Part shown: piece by piece, positions 28,237-38,572 of the stretch
How the letters are laid out: each line of letters starts with the position of its first letter
How positions within the stretch are numbered: the first letter of the stretch is position 1
NCBI GenBank assembly: GCA_020148025.1
Contig: JAHCRH010000001.1
Location: forward strand, 12,652 to 76,651
Reading direction: 5' to 3'
DNA: 64,000 bases
Source: Patescibacteria group bacterium
Lineage (GTDB): Bacteria; Patescibacteriota; Minisyncoccia; Minisyncoccales; JAHCRE01
Notes under the pieces: model-generated
Seen by the model: the letters and a program-made list of their open reading frames with translations, nothing else
Database searches by the model: none
What the model was told of the DNA's origin: nothing
Made by a program: the position numbers and the translations under genes

Positions 28237-30231
28237 TTATTTTAACTTTAATTTCTCAACGGCTTCGGATATCATCTGGCAATACAGATTTAGGCCGACT
28301 TGGTTGATGTTTCCTGACTGTTCTCTCCCCAGAATATTTCCAGCTCCTCGAATTTCCAAATCTTTTAAGGCAATCTTATATCCTGATCCCAAAGCTTCAG
28401 CTTCTTTTAAAGCATCTAATCTCATTTTAGCTTTTTCAGAAAGATTCTGGCCATACAAGAAGAAGGCGAAAGCCTGGGCGTGAGATCTGCCAACCCTTCC
28501 TCTTATTTGATATGCCTCAGCTAAACCTAATCTTGTTCCATCAGCAACAATTAAGGTATTAACATTGGGAAAATCAAGACCGTTTTCAATTATAGTTGTT
28601 GCTACTAGCACATCAAGAGTTTTATTCTGGAATTTAGTCATTACTTTTATTAATTCTTTCTCTTTTAATCTGCCATGGGCAATGCCAATCTTTGCCACGG
28701 GGACAAGTTTTCCCAAAAGATTTTTGACTACTCTAATTGTTTCAATTCTGTTGTGTAGATAATATATTTGACCCTCTCTAGAAATTTCGTTTTCAATCGC
28801 CTCTTTAATAACTTTCTCTGACCAGGGTAAAATAAAAGTTTTAACCGGTAATCGGCCTACTGGTGGAGTTTGGATTAAAGAAATTTTCTTCAAAGAAGAT
28901 AGGGCTAAATATAAAGTTCTGGGAATGGGAGTGGCAGAGAGTGAAAGAATATCAAGAGACGAGCGCATTTTTCTTAATTTTTCTTTTTGTTTGACTCCAA
29001 ATCTTTGTTCGTCATCAATAACTAAAATCCCTAAGTTTTTAAATGCCACATCTTTGGATAAAATTCGGTGAGTGCCAATTATGATGTCGATTTTTCCTTC
29101 TCTTAATTCCTTGGTTATTTCCTTCTGCTCTCTTTTTGATTGTAATCTTGAAAGTAAATTGATTTTAACTGGAAGATTTTTTAACCTTTCTTTGAAATTT
29201 TGAAAATGCTGATTGGCTAAAATTGTTGTCGGGCAAATCATTACTGCCTGGAAGCCTGAGCTCACAACCCTTATCATTGTTCTTAAGGCAATTTCAGTTT
29301 TTCCAAAACCGACATCACCACAAATTAATCTATCTATTGGTTGATTTTTTTCTAAATCTTTTTCTATTTCTTCAATTACCTGGAGTTGATCCGGAGTTTC
29401 AGTATATTGAAAACTCGATGCCAGTTGCGAATCAATTTCATTAGAAGGTAAATAGGGAGGACGGCTGGTAAGCTCTCGTTCGGCGTAGATTTCTAAGAGC
29501 TCTTTGGCTAATTTCTCAGCTCCTTCCTTAATTTTTTTCTTTGTTCTCTGCCAAAGAGGACTGCCTAATCTGGAAATTTTTGGCTGAACAAAACCTATGT
29601 ATCTTGATAATTTTCTCTCCAATCCCACCGGAACATATAATTTGTCCCCCTGGGCGTATTCTAGGACATAATATTGTTGTTGATTGCTTGCCCCGTCGCC
29701 GAGCAGCAGCGAGGTGTTTTCGGGGTTAATTGTTAATCGCTGATTATAAATTCCAATGCCATGATCCAAATGAACCAAAAGGTCCCCTGTTTTTAAATGG
29801 CCTAACTGAGAATAAATTTTTTGATATTTTAGTTTTTTCTTTAGTCTTTCTTTTGCCTCTTTTTCATTTTTGAGTTCGATTTTTAATCTCTCAATTTCTA
29901 AAATTTTATTCCCTAAAAATTCAAATCTTAAAGGAAAATTCAAATTTATTGGAAAAACATCAATGATTCCTCCTCTTTGAGAAAATTCACCAATATCTCC
30001 GACATTATAAACTTTTTCATAACCTAGTTCGTCTAATTTTCTTAAAAACTGAGAAAAATGAAAAATTTGATTTCTTTCTAAAATTAAAGTGTTATCTTGC
30101 CACCAACTTTGAGTTTTTCTTATTTTTAAAATTTTTTCAAAATTTTCTTCAAACCAGAGATTACCTCTTTCTAAAAAATAGGGGATGATACTAACGATTA
30201 ATACCTTATTTAGATTTTCTTCTTTTAGCAT
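28237..30231 (-). CDS. mfd: Transcription-repair coupling factor, shortened
   Basis: RGGIIDVF, CarD-like VHLDHGIG, GDVGFGKT, DDEQRFG, SATPIPRT, QIRGRVGR, DLEIRGAGN; ends before the C-terminal TRCF domain. Confidence 0.88.
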   Translation of the reverse strand: MLKEENLNKVLIVSIIPYFLERGNLWFEENFEKILKIRKTQSWWQDNTLILERNQIFHFSQFLRKLDELGYEKVYNVGDIGEFSQRGGIIDVFPINLNFPLRFEFLGNKILEIERLKIELKNEKEAKERLKKKLKYQKIYSQLGHLKTGDLLVHLDHGIGIYNQRLTINPENTSLLLGDGASNQQQYYVLEYAQGDKLYVPVGLERKLSRYIGFVQPKISRLGSPLWQRTKKKIKEGAEKLAKELLEIYAERELTSRPPYLPSNEIDSQLASSFQYTETPDQLQVIEEIEKDLEKNQPIDRLICGDVGFGKTEIALRTMIRVVSSGFQAVMICPTTILANQHFQNFKERLKNLPVKINLLSRLQSKREQKEITKELREGKIDIIIGTHRILSKDVAFKNLGILVIDDEQRFGVKQKEKLRKMRSSLDILSLSATPIPRTLYLALSSLKKISLIQTPPVGRLPVKTFILPWSEKVIKEAIENEISREGQIYYLHNRIETIRVVKNLLGKLVPVAKIGIAHGRLKEKELIKVMTKFQNKTLDVLVATTIIENGLDFPNVNTLIVADGTRLGLAEAYQIRGRVGRSHAQAFAFFLYGQNLSEKAKMRLDALKEAEALGSGYKIALKDLEIRGAGNILGREQSGNINQVGLNLYCQMISEAVEKLKLK

Positions 30232-30267
30232 CTTTAGCCCCACACCAATAAGATTGATAGTGGGGTC

Positions 30268-30296
30268 TTGACAAATTAAATTTTATTTTTTATAAT
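30268..30296 (+). promoter_or_regulatory. Consensus sigma70 promoter
   Basis: TTGACA-17 nt-TATAAT. Confidence 0.85.
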
Positions 30297-30304
30297 ATAA
30301 ATTA

Positions 30305-30560
30305 AGAAAGGTTTTGCCTTGCAGCCTATCTGTGAGTGGCTCCGCCTGTTGAAATTTCTTTGAAATTTTAACAGATGAAAAAAGTAAGGTTATCCCTCCT
30401 GAAAACCTTACAGAGCTCATTAGCTATGGTTGAGGAGCAATCTTCTTTTAATTATAGCGCTCGCCCCGTAGTAAATTTTTACTGTGGGGTGTGAAGCTCG
30501 TGGTGAAATACTTATGTATTTTTACTACGGGGCTCGCAGATAGACTGGAGGGCAGAATTA
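30305..30560 (+). ncRNA. Candidate multi-branched structured RNA (~250 nt)
   Basis: 26-nt closing helix 30312-30337/30532-30557 (24 pairs incl. G-U) enclosing five hairpins; consensus promoter directly upstream. Confidence 0.55.
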
Positions 30561-30708
30561 GTTATTAGTTGTTAGATTTTAGTTTGTAGTTCTTTTAAAA
30601 TTCAATGGCTCTTATGGGTAGGAACTGGATTGGTAGAATTTCTAATTTCAAATTTCTAATACCTAATAATCTGGTTTCTACTCATAGGAGCAGAAGGAGA
30701 AATGAAGA

Positions 30709-31239
30709 ATGTCTGAAGAAAAAGAGAAGATTCAAGAAAAACTGCGCGAATTGTGGAAAAGTCACAAGAAATATCAGGAAAAATTTCCGGGAGTAAAGAG
30801 AGAAGTGAAGTATATAATGATACCAATGAAAGGACTCTCGCTATTTTGGAAAAGAGGAAGCGACGGAAAGTTAATTAAAACGCCAGCAGTTGGAGGAATA
30901 AAAGAGCAAAATAATTCTTCTCAAGTGGAAATAATGATCGTTATTGCCGAAGAAATACCAAAAAAATTCCAGCGTTACGTTGTATATCATGAATGGGTGG
31001 AAGCAATCAGCGTCAGCGAACGTACTTTAAGAGAAGAAGATTGTCTCGCTAGTCTTTTCCTTCACGCAAGTGCTACAGAAGCAGAAATTGAGTTAGCTAA
31101 GAAGGAGTTATCCAAAGAGGAGTTTAATTCTTATCTTCTATGGCGTCTACGAAAAGAACTAGATAGTCCAATCCTTCGTCGAAAAAGTTCTTTGAAAATA
31201 AAACTTCTCGCACGCTTGGGGCACTTAATAGATCGGTAG
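30709..31239 (+). CDS. Hypothetical protein with zincin-like YHEWVE motif
   Basis: 176 aa, AAGGAG SD; HExxE plus downstream H..A...E. Confidence 0.65.
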   Translation: MSEEKEKIQEKLRELWKSHKKYQEKFPGVKREVKYIMIPMKGLSLFWKRGSDGKLIKTPAVGGIKEQNNSSQVEIMIVIAEEIPKKFQRYVVYHEWVEAISVSERTLREEDCLASLFLHASATEAEIELAKKELSKEEFNSYLLWRLRKELDSPILRRKSSLKIKLLARLGHLIDR

Positions 31240-31247
31240 CCCCTTTT

Positions 31248-31823
31248 TTATTTATTAAACTCATTCATTGTCTTTTCGATTCCTTCTATTATCGCCACCT
31301 CAATTGCCTGGCAAGTTCGTTTAATAACTTCTTTTAAAAGTTTCTCCTCTTTTTTAGTAAATTTTTGAAGAAGAAAACTCTCTAGGGTTTTAGGGTCTAG
31401 GGTATAGGGTTTAGGTTTAATTCCGATTCTGAAACGGACAAAGTTTTTTGTTCCCAACTCATCAGTTATTGATTGAATTCCTTTGTGGCCAGCTGCTCCC
31501 CGATTTTTGATAATTTTCATTTTTCCTAAAGGCAGATCGATATCGTCGTGAACAATAATTAGGTTATTAGGGTCTAGGGTATAGGGTTTAGTTAATAATT
31601 TTACTGCTTTTCCGGAATTGTTCATAAAGGTCTGGGGTTTAGCTAAGATAACTTTCTTCTTATCCAATCTACCTTCTGAAATTAAAGAATTGAATTTTTT
31701 AGAAAATCTAAATTTTGGGAATTTCTTTTCCTTTGCAAATTGATTGACAACTCGAAAACCAAGGTTGTGCCGAGTCCTAATATATTTTCTTCCTGGATTG
31801 CCCAGACCAACAATGAGTGTCAT
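31248..31823 (-). CDS. pth: Peptidyl-tRNA hydrolase
   Basis: LIVGLGNPG..TRHNLG, KPQTFMNNSG, HDDIDL, GHKG; true start 31823. Confidence 0.95.
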   Translation of the reverse strand: MTLIVGLGNPGRKYIRTRHNLGFRVVNQFAKEKKFPKFRFSKKFNSLISEGRLDKKKVILAKPQTFMNNSGKAVKLLTKPYTLDPNNLIIVHDDIDLPLGKMKIIKNRGAAGHKGIQSITDELGTKNFVRFRIGIKPKPYTLDPKTLESFLLQKFTKKEEKLLKEVIKRTCQAIEVAIIEGIEKTMNEFNK

Positions 31824-31960
31824 ATTAACATTTAAACATATTAACATCTAAACATTTTTAATTTATGTTTAGACGTTTACGTATTTATATGAGATCGGTT
31901 AGTTAATTATATCATTCCTCTTGCAGAATAAAAAAACTTTGGTATAATGAGATAAATCTT

Positions 31961-32515
31961 ATGCTAAAGCTGAAAAATTTTTTCATATTCATCTGGGATA
32001 TACTAAAAATTATTTTCCTTGCCTTGGTGATAGTTGTTCCGATCCGCTATTTTTTGTTTCAACCTTTTTTAGTTAAAGGTCAGTCAATGGAACCTACTTT
32101 TCAAAATAGCGATTATCTAATTATTGATGAAATTTCTTACCGATTCAGAGAACCCGAAAGGGGAGAGGTGGTAGTTTTTAAATATCCTCAAAATCCCTCT
32201 CAGCGCTTCATTAAAAGAATCATTGGTTTGCCTGGGGAAACAGTAGAAATAAAGGAGGGTAAAGTAATAATAATCAAAGATGATAAAACTCAAGTATTAG
32301 ATGAATCCAGCTATCTCCCCAAAGCTTTAAAGACTTCCGGCAATCTCCGAATTACCTTGGCTGAAAATGAATTCTTTGTCTTAGGAGATAACCGGAGGCT
32401 TTCAGCTGATTCCAGGAGCTGGGGGCCATTGTTTAGGGAGAATATTATTGGCCGGGTATTCTTCAGAGCCTGGCCAATTACAGCTTTAGCTTTAATTAAA
32501 GAACCAAGTTATTAA
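31961..32515 (+). CDS. lepB: Signal peptidase I
   Basis: GQSMEPT, FIKRIIGLPGE, LGDNR..SADSR. Confidence 0.95.
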   Translation: MLKLKNFFIFIWDILKIIFLALVIVVPIRYFLFQPFLVKGQSMEPTFQNSDYLIIDEISYRFREPERGEVVVFKYPQNPSQRFIKRIIGLPGETVEIKEGKVIIIKDDKTQVLDESSYLPKALKTSGNLRITLAENEFFVLGDNRRLSADSRSWGPLFRENIIGRVFFRAWPITALALIKEPSY

Positions 32516-32587
32516 ATATTAGATGTTAGGTGTTAGATATTGGACAAAATTATCTAAAATCCAGAATCCAATATCTAAAATCCAATT

Positions 32588-33859
32588 ATGACAAGGCCAA
32601 AGTTTCAAGCCCCGACAGGAATGCACGATATTATATTTACCGAGCAAGGCTATTTTAAAAAAATTTATAATATCGTAGAGAATATTGCCAATTTCTATCG
32701 ATTCGAAAAAATTGATACTCCGATTTTGGAGGAGACTGAGTTGTTTTCAAAAGGAATTGGTCTTTCTACTGATATTGTCCAAAAACAGATGTATGGTCTC
32801 CGAACCAAAGGTGGGGATTCCTTGACTTTAAGACCGGAGGGAACGGCTCCAATAGTCAGAGCTTTCATTGAAAAGGGAATGTTTAATCTTCCTCAGCCAG
32901 TGAAACTTTGGTATTCTGGTCCCTTTTTTCGCTATGAACGTCCTCAAGCTGGTAGATATCGCCAATTTCATCAATTTGGATTTGAAGTTTTGGGAGAAAG
33001 GAACCCGATAATTGATGCTCAGATTATTCAAATTTTTTTCCAAATTTTAAAAAGTCTCAAATTGAAAAATTTAATCATTGAAGTAAATAGCATTGGAGAT
33101 TCTCAGTGTAGGCCTTATTATAAAAAACTTTTAACAAGCTATTTTAGATCAAGAGAGTCCAGTTTATGTGCTAATTGCCGGAGAAGGTTAAGAGAGAATC
33201 CTTTAAGAATTTTAGACTGTAAAGAAGAGAAATGTCAGCCAATTAAAGCTCAGGCCCCTCAGCTAATTGATCATCTTTGCAAGGAATGTCATTGGCATTT
33301 TAAGGAAGTTTTGGAGTTTCTAGATGAGCTAGAGATCCCCTATCAATTAAATCCCTATTTAGTTCGAGGATTAGATTATTATACTAAAACGGTCTTCGAG
33401 ATTTTCGAAGATACTGAAGAAGGTCGAAAACAGGGAGCATTAGTTGGGGGAGGGAGATATGATGCTTTAGTTAAACTTTTGGGTAGAAAAGATGTTCCTG
33501 CCTGTGGCGGATCGGCTGGAATTGAAAGAATTGTAAATTTAATGAAGGGAAAAAAAATAAGACTTCGTTCATTTCCTAAACCTAAAATATTTTTAGCTCA
33601 GATTGGTAATTTGGCCAAACGTAAGAGTTTAAAAATTATTGAAGAGTTTAGAAAAGCGAAAATTGAAGTTGCTGAATCTTTTGGCCGAGATTCTTTAAGG
33701 GCTCAATTAAACAGAGCCAATCGAATAGGAGTAAAATTTACCCTAATTTTAGGACAAAAGGAGGCTTTGGAAGGAACGATAATGGTTCGAAATATGAAGA
33801 CTGGAAGCCAGAAAATAGTAAAGTTAGATAAAATAGTTAAGGTGATGAAAAAAGGCTGA
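32588..33859 (+). CDS. hisS: Histidine--tRNA ligase
   Basis: LRPEGTA, FRYERPQAGRYRQF, LVRGLDYY, GGGRYD. Confidence 0.97.
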   Translation: MTRPKFQAPTGMHDIIFTEQGYFKKIYNIVENIANFYRFEKIDTPILEETELFSKGIGLSTDIVQKQMYGLRTKGGDSLTLRPEGTAPIVRAFIEKGMFNLPQPVKLWYSGPFFRYERPQAGRYRQFHQFGFEVLGERNPIIDAQIIQIFFQILKSLKLKNLIIEVNSIGDSQCRPYYKKLLTSYFRSRESSLCANCRRRLRENPLRILDCKEEKCQPIKAQAPQLIDHLCKECHWHFKEVLEFLDELEIPYQLNPYLVRGLDYYTKTVFEIFEDTEEGRKQGALVGGGRYDALVKLLGRKDVPACGGSAGIERIVNLMKGKKIRLRSFPKPKIFLAQIGNLAKRKSLKIIEEFRKAKIEVAESFGRDSLRAQLNRANRIGVKFTLILGQKEALEGTIMVRNMKTGSQKIVKLDKIVKVMKKG

Positions 33860-33951
33860 AGAAAAGTTAATTTTAACATGCTAACATCCTAACATTTTAA
33901 CAAAAACAAACTCTCAATGTTTAAATGTTAATATGTTTAAATGTTTTGATG

Positions 33952-34284
33952 ATGGCCGATTGCCTATTTTGCAAAATTATCAAGAAAAAACTTCCCTCAG
34001 ATATTGTCTATGAGTCAGATTCGGTTATTGCTTTTAAGGATATTAATCCTAAGGCCCCGGTACATCTTTTAATTTTGCCAAAGGAACATATTCCTTCGGT
34101 GAATCATTTAAAAAAAGAAGACAGAGAATTAATGGGGGAATTAATACTTGTGGCTCAGAAAATCGCTAAAGAGAAAAAATTAAAAGGATACAAATTAATA
34201 ATTAATGTCGGTCGAGGAGGTGGTCAGCTAATTGACCATTTACATTTACATTTACTGAGTGGAAAACTATTAGAATTACCTTAA
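33952..34284 (+). CDS. HIT family nucleotide-binding protein
   Basis: DCLFCKI, AFKDINP.AP.H, HLHLH triad. Confidence 0.93.
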   Translation: MADCLFCKIIKKKLPSDIVYESDSVIAFKDINPKAPVHLLILPKEHIPSVNHLKKEDRELMGELILVAQKIAKEKKLKGYKLIINVGRGGGQLIDHLHLHLLSGKLLELP

Positions 34285-34297
34285 CAATTTTAAATTT

Positions 34298-34534
34298 ATG
34301 GCTTTAAAAATTCATCGTAGAGGAAAAGAAAGCTCTCACAGTTTAGTTCGCCGCTTCACAAAGGGTATAAAAGAAAGCGGGATTTTGGTTCGGAAAAGAA
34401 AAATAAGATTTAAACGAAGAAGAAAATCTGGGGAAGCCAAAAAAAGAGCAGCCCTTAGAAGAGAAGAATTAAAAAAAGAATACGAGAGATTGAGAAAATT
34501 AGGAAAACTTAAAAATAAGCGTTCGAGAAGCTAA
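34298..34534 (+). CDS. rpsU: 30S ribosomal protein S21 (divergent)
   Basis: ES..SLVRRF..IKESGIL, basic; hit-rpsU-yqeY synteny. Confidence 0.75.
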   Translation: MALKIHRRGKESSHSLVRRFTKGIKESGILVRKRKIRFKRRRKSGEAKKRAALRREELKKEYERLRKLGKLKNKRSRS

Positions 34535-34712
34535 TTTTTAGGAGAAGCGCTCGGCAACTAAATTTTCAAAGTATCGGCTATCCGAATCCCAGCGAGATTC
34601 GGTATCCTGCGTTCTCGGCCCGTTGTCCGCCAGAGGCAGAACCATGCCAACAGGCCTCCGAAAGCTACTTTGAAAATTGTTGCCTCACTCTAGGTTCCAT
34701 CCTAAAAATTAC
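34532..34712. repeat. Structured repeat family G, copy 1
   Basis: Nested inverted arms around TCCCAGCGAGA, TTCTCGGCC, AACCATGCC, GGCCTCCGAA shared with 39643-39790. Confidence 0.75.
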
Positions 34713-34735
34713 TTTCCTCGCTTTAACGACAAGAA

Positions 34736-35266
34736 ATGACCCTAAAAGAAAAAATTCAAGAAGATTTTAAAAAAATCTTAAAGGAGAAAAAAGAAATTGA
34801 AATTTCAACTTTAAGGATGTTAAATGCTGCTATCTTAAATCGGGAGAAAGAAAAGAGATATAAATTAAGCAAGGAAAAACCAGATTTAAAAGAAAAAGAT
34901 TTAGAAAAAGAGAGTCAACTCATAGATGAAGAGACAATCGAGGTAATCTTTTCTGAAGTAAAAAAAAGAAAAGAGGCAATAGTAGAATTTGAAAAAGGCA
35001 AAAGACTACAACCCCCCCTCCACCCTACAAGGAAAAAACATATATCGGACTTGGTAGAAAAGGAAAAAAAAGAAATGGAAATTTTAAAGAAATATTTACC
35101 AGAGCTTCTTTCAGAAGAAGAGATTAAGAAATTGGCAAAAGAAGTAATTGAGAAATTTGGAGCTAAAGATTTCGGCAGGGTAATGGGTCAATTAATGCCC
35201 AAAGTTAAAGGCAAGGCAGAAGGAGGTACGGTTAGCAAGGTTGTTAAAGAGTTATTAGGCTCTTAA
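34736..35266 (+). CDS. GatB/YqeY domain protein with family B in-frame insert
   Basis: STLRMLNAAI, EVKKRKEAI.EF.KG.R, YLPE.LSEEEI, DFGRVMG. Confidence 0.9.
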   Translation: MTLKEKIQEDFKKILKEKKEIEISTLRMLNAAILNREKEKRYKLSKEKPDLKEKDLEKESQLIDEETIEVIFSEVKKRKEAIVEFEKGKRLQPPLHPTRKKHISDLVEKEKKEMEILKKYLPELLSEEEIKKLAKEVIEKFGAKDFGRVMGQLMPKVKGKAEGGTVSKVVKELLGS

Positions 35267-35322
35267 TCGAAATATATTAAATAGTTAAATTTGCTATTGC
35301 GAGAAAAGTTTTTAAATATATT

Positions 35323-35763
35323 ATGATTGAAATTAATAATTTAACTACCAATCCGATTGACGGAAATTTTTTAAAGAAAGTTGCCCAAAAAGTTTTGAAA
35401 GATGAAAGAAAGGAAAAATCAGAATTATCTATTGCTTTAATTGGTCAAGGAAGAATGAGGAAGTTGAATAAGAGATATCGGGGGAAAAATCGAGTGACCG
35501 ATGTCCTCGCTTTTGGGCAAAATCAAAAATCAAAATTTGTTATTCCTCCTGGCAAAAAATCAGGACTTGGTGAAGTAGTTATCTGTTCAAGAGAAGTGAA
35601 AAAAAATGCTCAGAGATTTGGATCAACTTTTGAAAGAGAATTAGCTGCCTGTTTAATCCATGGAATTTTGCATCTTTTAAGATATAACCATGAAAAATCT
35701 GAAAAAGCGGCTAAAGAAATGGAGGAAAAACAAAATTATTATCTAAGTAAATTCGAGTTTTAA
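35323..35763 (+). CDS. ybeY: rRNA maturation endoribonuclease YbeY
   Basis: LNKRYRGK..TDVLAF, HGILHLLRYNH. Confidence 0.93.
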   Translation: MIEINNLTTNPIDGNFLKKVAQKVLKDERKEKSELSIALIGQGRMRKLNKRYRGKNRVTDVLAFGQNQKSKFVIPPGKKSGLGEVVICSREVKKNAQRFGSTFERELAACLIHGILHLLRYNHEKSEKAAKEMEEKQNYYLSKFEF

Positions 35764-35766
35764 TTT

Positions 35767-36969
35767 ATGGCTCGGATCATAACCGGTTTAGATATTGGAA
35801 CAAGAACTATAAAAACTTTGATCTGCCAAAAAAAATCAAGTGAATTGGATCTTGAGGTTTTGGGTCAGAGTAAAGAAATTTCCTCTGGTGTAAGAAAAGG
35901 AGTAGTGATTAATATTGGAGAGGTTGCTGAGATTATTAAATCTTCTATTGATAAAACTCAAGAAATTTCTAATAAAAAAATTAAATCAGTTTTTGTTAAT
36001 GTTGGGGGAGCTCATATTTTTTCTACCACTTCTCACGGTCTAATCTCAGTCTCGCGAGCCGATCAGAAAATATCTCAGGAAGATATTGAGAGGGTACTTC
36101 AGGCCGCTCAGACTTTTTCTCTTCCTTCAAATAAAGAAATTTTGTCAGTTTTCCCCAAGGAATTCACCCTTGATAACGAGAAAGGGATAAAAGAACCTTT
36201 AGGAATGAAAGGAGTAAGGTTGGAGGTAGGAGTTTTAGTTCTCGGAGGTTTTTCTCCTTATTTAAAAAATTTGACTCAGGCTGTTTTAGATGCCGGTGTC
36301 CAAATTGATGATTTGATTTTAACTCCCTTAGCTAGTTCGAGAGCAGTCTTGACTCCCCGAGAAAAAGAATTAGGGGTGGCTCTTTTGGATATTGGGGCAG
36401 GAACTACTGGGTTAGCTGTATTTGAAGAAGGTGATTTAATTCAGACAACCATTTTGCCAATTGGTTCAGCTCATATTACCAATGATATTGCTATTGGTCT
36501 TAGATGTGATATTGATACGGCTGAAAAAATAAAATTAGAATCAGGTGCTTGCATTTTCAAAGGGGTTGATAAAAAGAAAAAAATTGAGACCATTTCTGGA
36601 GAGATCTTGATTTTTTCTCAGAAGATGTTAAGTCGAGTTATTGAAGCTAGAGTTTCTGAAATTTTTGAAGAGATAAACAAAGAATTGAAAAAAATTTCCC
36701 GTCGAGCTTTACTTCCCGGAGGCACAGTTTTAACTGGTGGGGGAGCAAAGTTGCCAAAGATTAAAGATTTAGCTAAAAAAGAATTAAGGTTGCCTTGTCG
36801 AATTGGAGTTCCTCAGGGTTTTTCTTCTCCTTTGGAAGATCCAGAACTATCAACTGTTTGTGGTTTAGTTCTTTTGGGAGCCGATCTTGAGACTGAAAGA
36901 ACTTTTCCTGCTTTTGGGAAAGAAATTACTTCTCGATTAAAAAAGATATTTAAAATTTTTTTACCTTAA
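35767..36969 (+). CDS. ftsA: Cell division protein FtsA
   Basis: GLDIGT, GVRKGVV, EKELGVALLDIGAGTT, HITNDIA, LTGGGA. Confidence 0.93.
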   Translation: MARIITGLDIGTRTIKTLICQKKSSELDLEVLGQSKEISSGVRKGVVINIGEVAEIIKSSIDKTQEISNKKIKSVFVNVGGAHIFSTTSHGLISVSRADQKISQEDIERVLQAAQTFSLPSNKEILSVFPKEFTLDNEKGIKEPLGMKGVRLEVGVLVLGGFSPYLKNLTQAVLDAGVQIDDLILTPLASSRAVLTPREKELGVALLDIGAGTTGLAVFEEGDLIQTTILPIGSAHITNDIAIGLRCDIDTAEKIKLESGACIFKGVDKKKKIETISGEILIFSQKMLSRVIEARVSEIFEEINKELKKISRRALLPGGTVLTGGGAKLPKIKDLAKKELRLPCRIGVPQGFSSPLEDPELSTVCGLVLLGADLETERTFPAFGKEITSRLKKIFKIFLP

Positions 36970-37015
36970 ATATCTTTATCTTTTTTAAAATAAATGTTAG
37001 AATAGGTTTGAATTA

Positions 37016-37068
37016 TTGACACTTCGGCGGCCTCAGTGTCAACCCTGAGCGAAGCCGAATGGGTTGAC
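37016..37068 (+). repeat. REP-like repeat family D abutting the -35 box of a promoter upstream of tuf
   Basis: TTGA-CACTTCGGC..CTCAGTGTCAACCCTGAG..CCGAATGGG-TTGA; homologs at 41050-41101 and 61370-61450; TTGACT-17-TAAAAT at 37064-37092. Confidence 0.75.
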
Positions 37069-37266
37069 TTTCGAGGAATAAAATTCTAAAATGATTAAAT
37101 ATTATCTGTAAAAGGTTGACTATCTTTTTAATTTTAATAAAATAAGAATATAACACTTTAAACTTGAATTATGAATTGAGAATTATGAATTAGGAATACA
37201 TCGCCTCTGGGCGTTATAGCTTTAACGATTCATTATTCTTGATTCATTATTCATAATTCTAAATTT

Positions 37267-38466
37267 ATGGCAGAAAAAAAGAAATTTGTGAGGGAAAAAC
37301 CTCATGTTAATATCGGCACTATCGGTCACGTTGATCATGGAAAAACTACTTTGGTATCGGCCATCTTACACATTTTACATTTGAAAAATCCTGAGATAGT
37401 GGAAAAATCAGTGGATCAAATTGATGCTGCTCCGGAAGAAAAAGCAAGGGGACTGACAATTTCTGTTTCCCACCTAGAATATAAAACCGAGAAGCGCCAC
37501 TACGCCCACATTGATTGTCCTGGCCATGCCGACTACATCAAGAATATGATTACTGGGGCGGCTCAAATGGATGGAGCAATTTTGGTTGTTTCAGCTCCCG
37601 ACGGTCCAATGCCTCAGACCAGAGAGCATATTCTACTCGCTCGTCAGGTTGGCTTACCAGCATTAGTGGTATTTTTAAACAAATGTGATGCGGTGGATGA
37701 TCCAGAGATTATTGATTTAGTTGAGTCTGAAATTCGAGAACTTCTCAAAAAATATGATTATCCCGGAGATAAGATTCCAGTAATTCGGGGGTCAGCTCTA
37801 AAGGCTTTGGGGGTAAAATCTCCAGATGATGAGGCGGCTAAACCAATTTTAGATTTAATTAAGGCTGTAGATGACCATATTCCTGAACCAGTTCGGGAAA
37901 CAGATAAACCATTTTTGATGGCAATTGAAGATGTTTTTTCAATTGCCGGAAGAGGTACCGTACCTACTGGAAGAATTGAGAGAGGAATAGTGAAACCAAA
38001 CGATGAAGTTGAATTAGTTGGTTTCCAACCAACCAAAAAGACGGTAGCAGTCAGCATTGAGATGTTTAATAAAATTCTTGATGAAGGACGAGCTGGAGAT
38101 AATGTGGGAATATTACTTAGAGGTCTTAAAAAAGAGGAAGTAGAGAGAGGTCAGGTGCTGGCTAAACCGGGTTCAATCACCCCTCATACAGAATTCGAAG
38201 GCGAGGTTTATGTTTTAGCCAAAGAAGAAGGCGGTCGTCATACTCCTTTCTTTTCTGGTTACAAACCCCAGCTTTATTTCAGAACTACTGATGTAACCGG
38301 AGAAGTTACCTTGCCAGAGGGCACTGAAATGGTTATGCCAGGCGATACAGTAAATTTGAAGATCAAGTTAATTGCTCCAATTGCCCTAGAAGAAAAACAG
38401 AGATTCGCTATCAGGGAGGGAGGAAAAACAGTTGGAGCAGGAGTAGTGACCAAGATTGTTAAATAG
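37267..38466 (+). CDS. tuf: Elongation factor Tu
   Basis: [31 protein letters not shown]. Confidence 0.99.
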   Translation: MAEKKKFVREKPHVNIGTIGHVDHGKTTLVSAILHILHLKNPEIVEKSVDQIDAAPEEKARGLTISVSHLEYKTEKRHYAHIDCPGHADYIKNMITGAAQMDGAILVVSAPDGPMPQTREHILLARQVGLPALVVFLNKCDAVDDPEIIDLVESEIRELLKKYDYPGDKIPVIRGSALKALGVKSPDDEAAKPILDLIKAVDDHIPEPVRETDKPFLMAIEDVFSIAGRGTVPTGRIERGIVKPNDEVELVGFQPTKKTVAVSIEMFNKILDEGRAGDNVGILLRGLKKEEVERGQVLAKPGSITPHTEFEGEVYVLAKEEGGRHTPFFSGYKPQLYFRTTDVTGEVTLPEGTEMVMPGDTVNLKIKLIAPIALEEKQRFAIREGGKTVGAGVVTKIVK

Positions 38467-38572
38467 GGTCTAGAATCTAGGTTTTTAGTAATAGAAATAT
38501 TTATTAAATTTTAAAAAATTGACTATACCCTAAACCCTAAAAACCTAAACCCTAATTTAGTGTTCTTTTAAG

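Noticed and set aside
31824-33951. Shared N-terminal peptide MLICLNV on Pth and HIT
   Set aside because: Artefact of upstream in-frame starts inside the same octamer repeat arm; real starts are 31823 and 33949/33952.
34587-34662. HDV-like ribozyme (minus-strand words GGCATGGT and CTCGCTGG)
   Set aside because: Word similarity only; I could not build the nested double pseudoknot, and no hammerhead CTGATGA/GAAA core is present.
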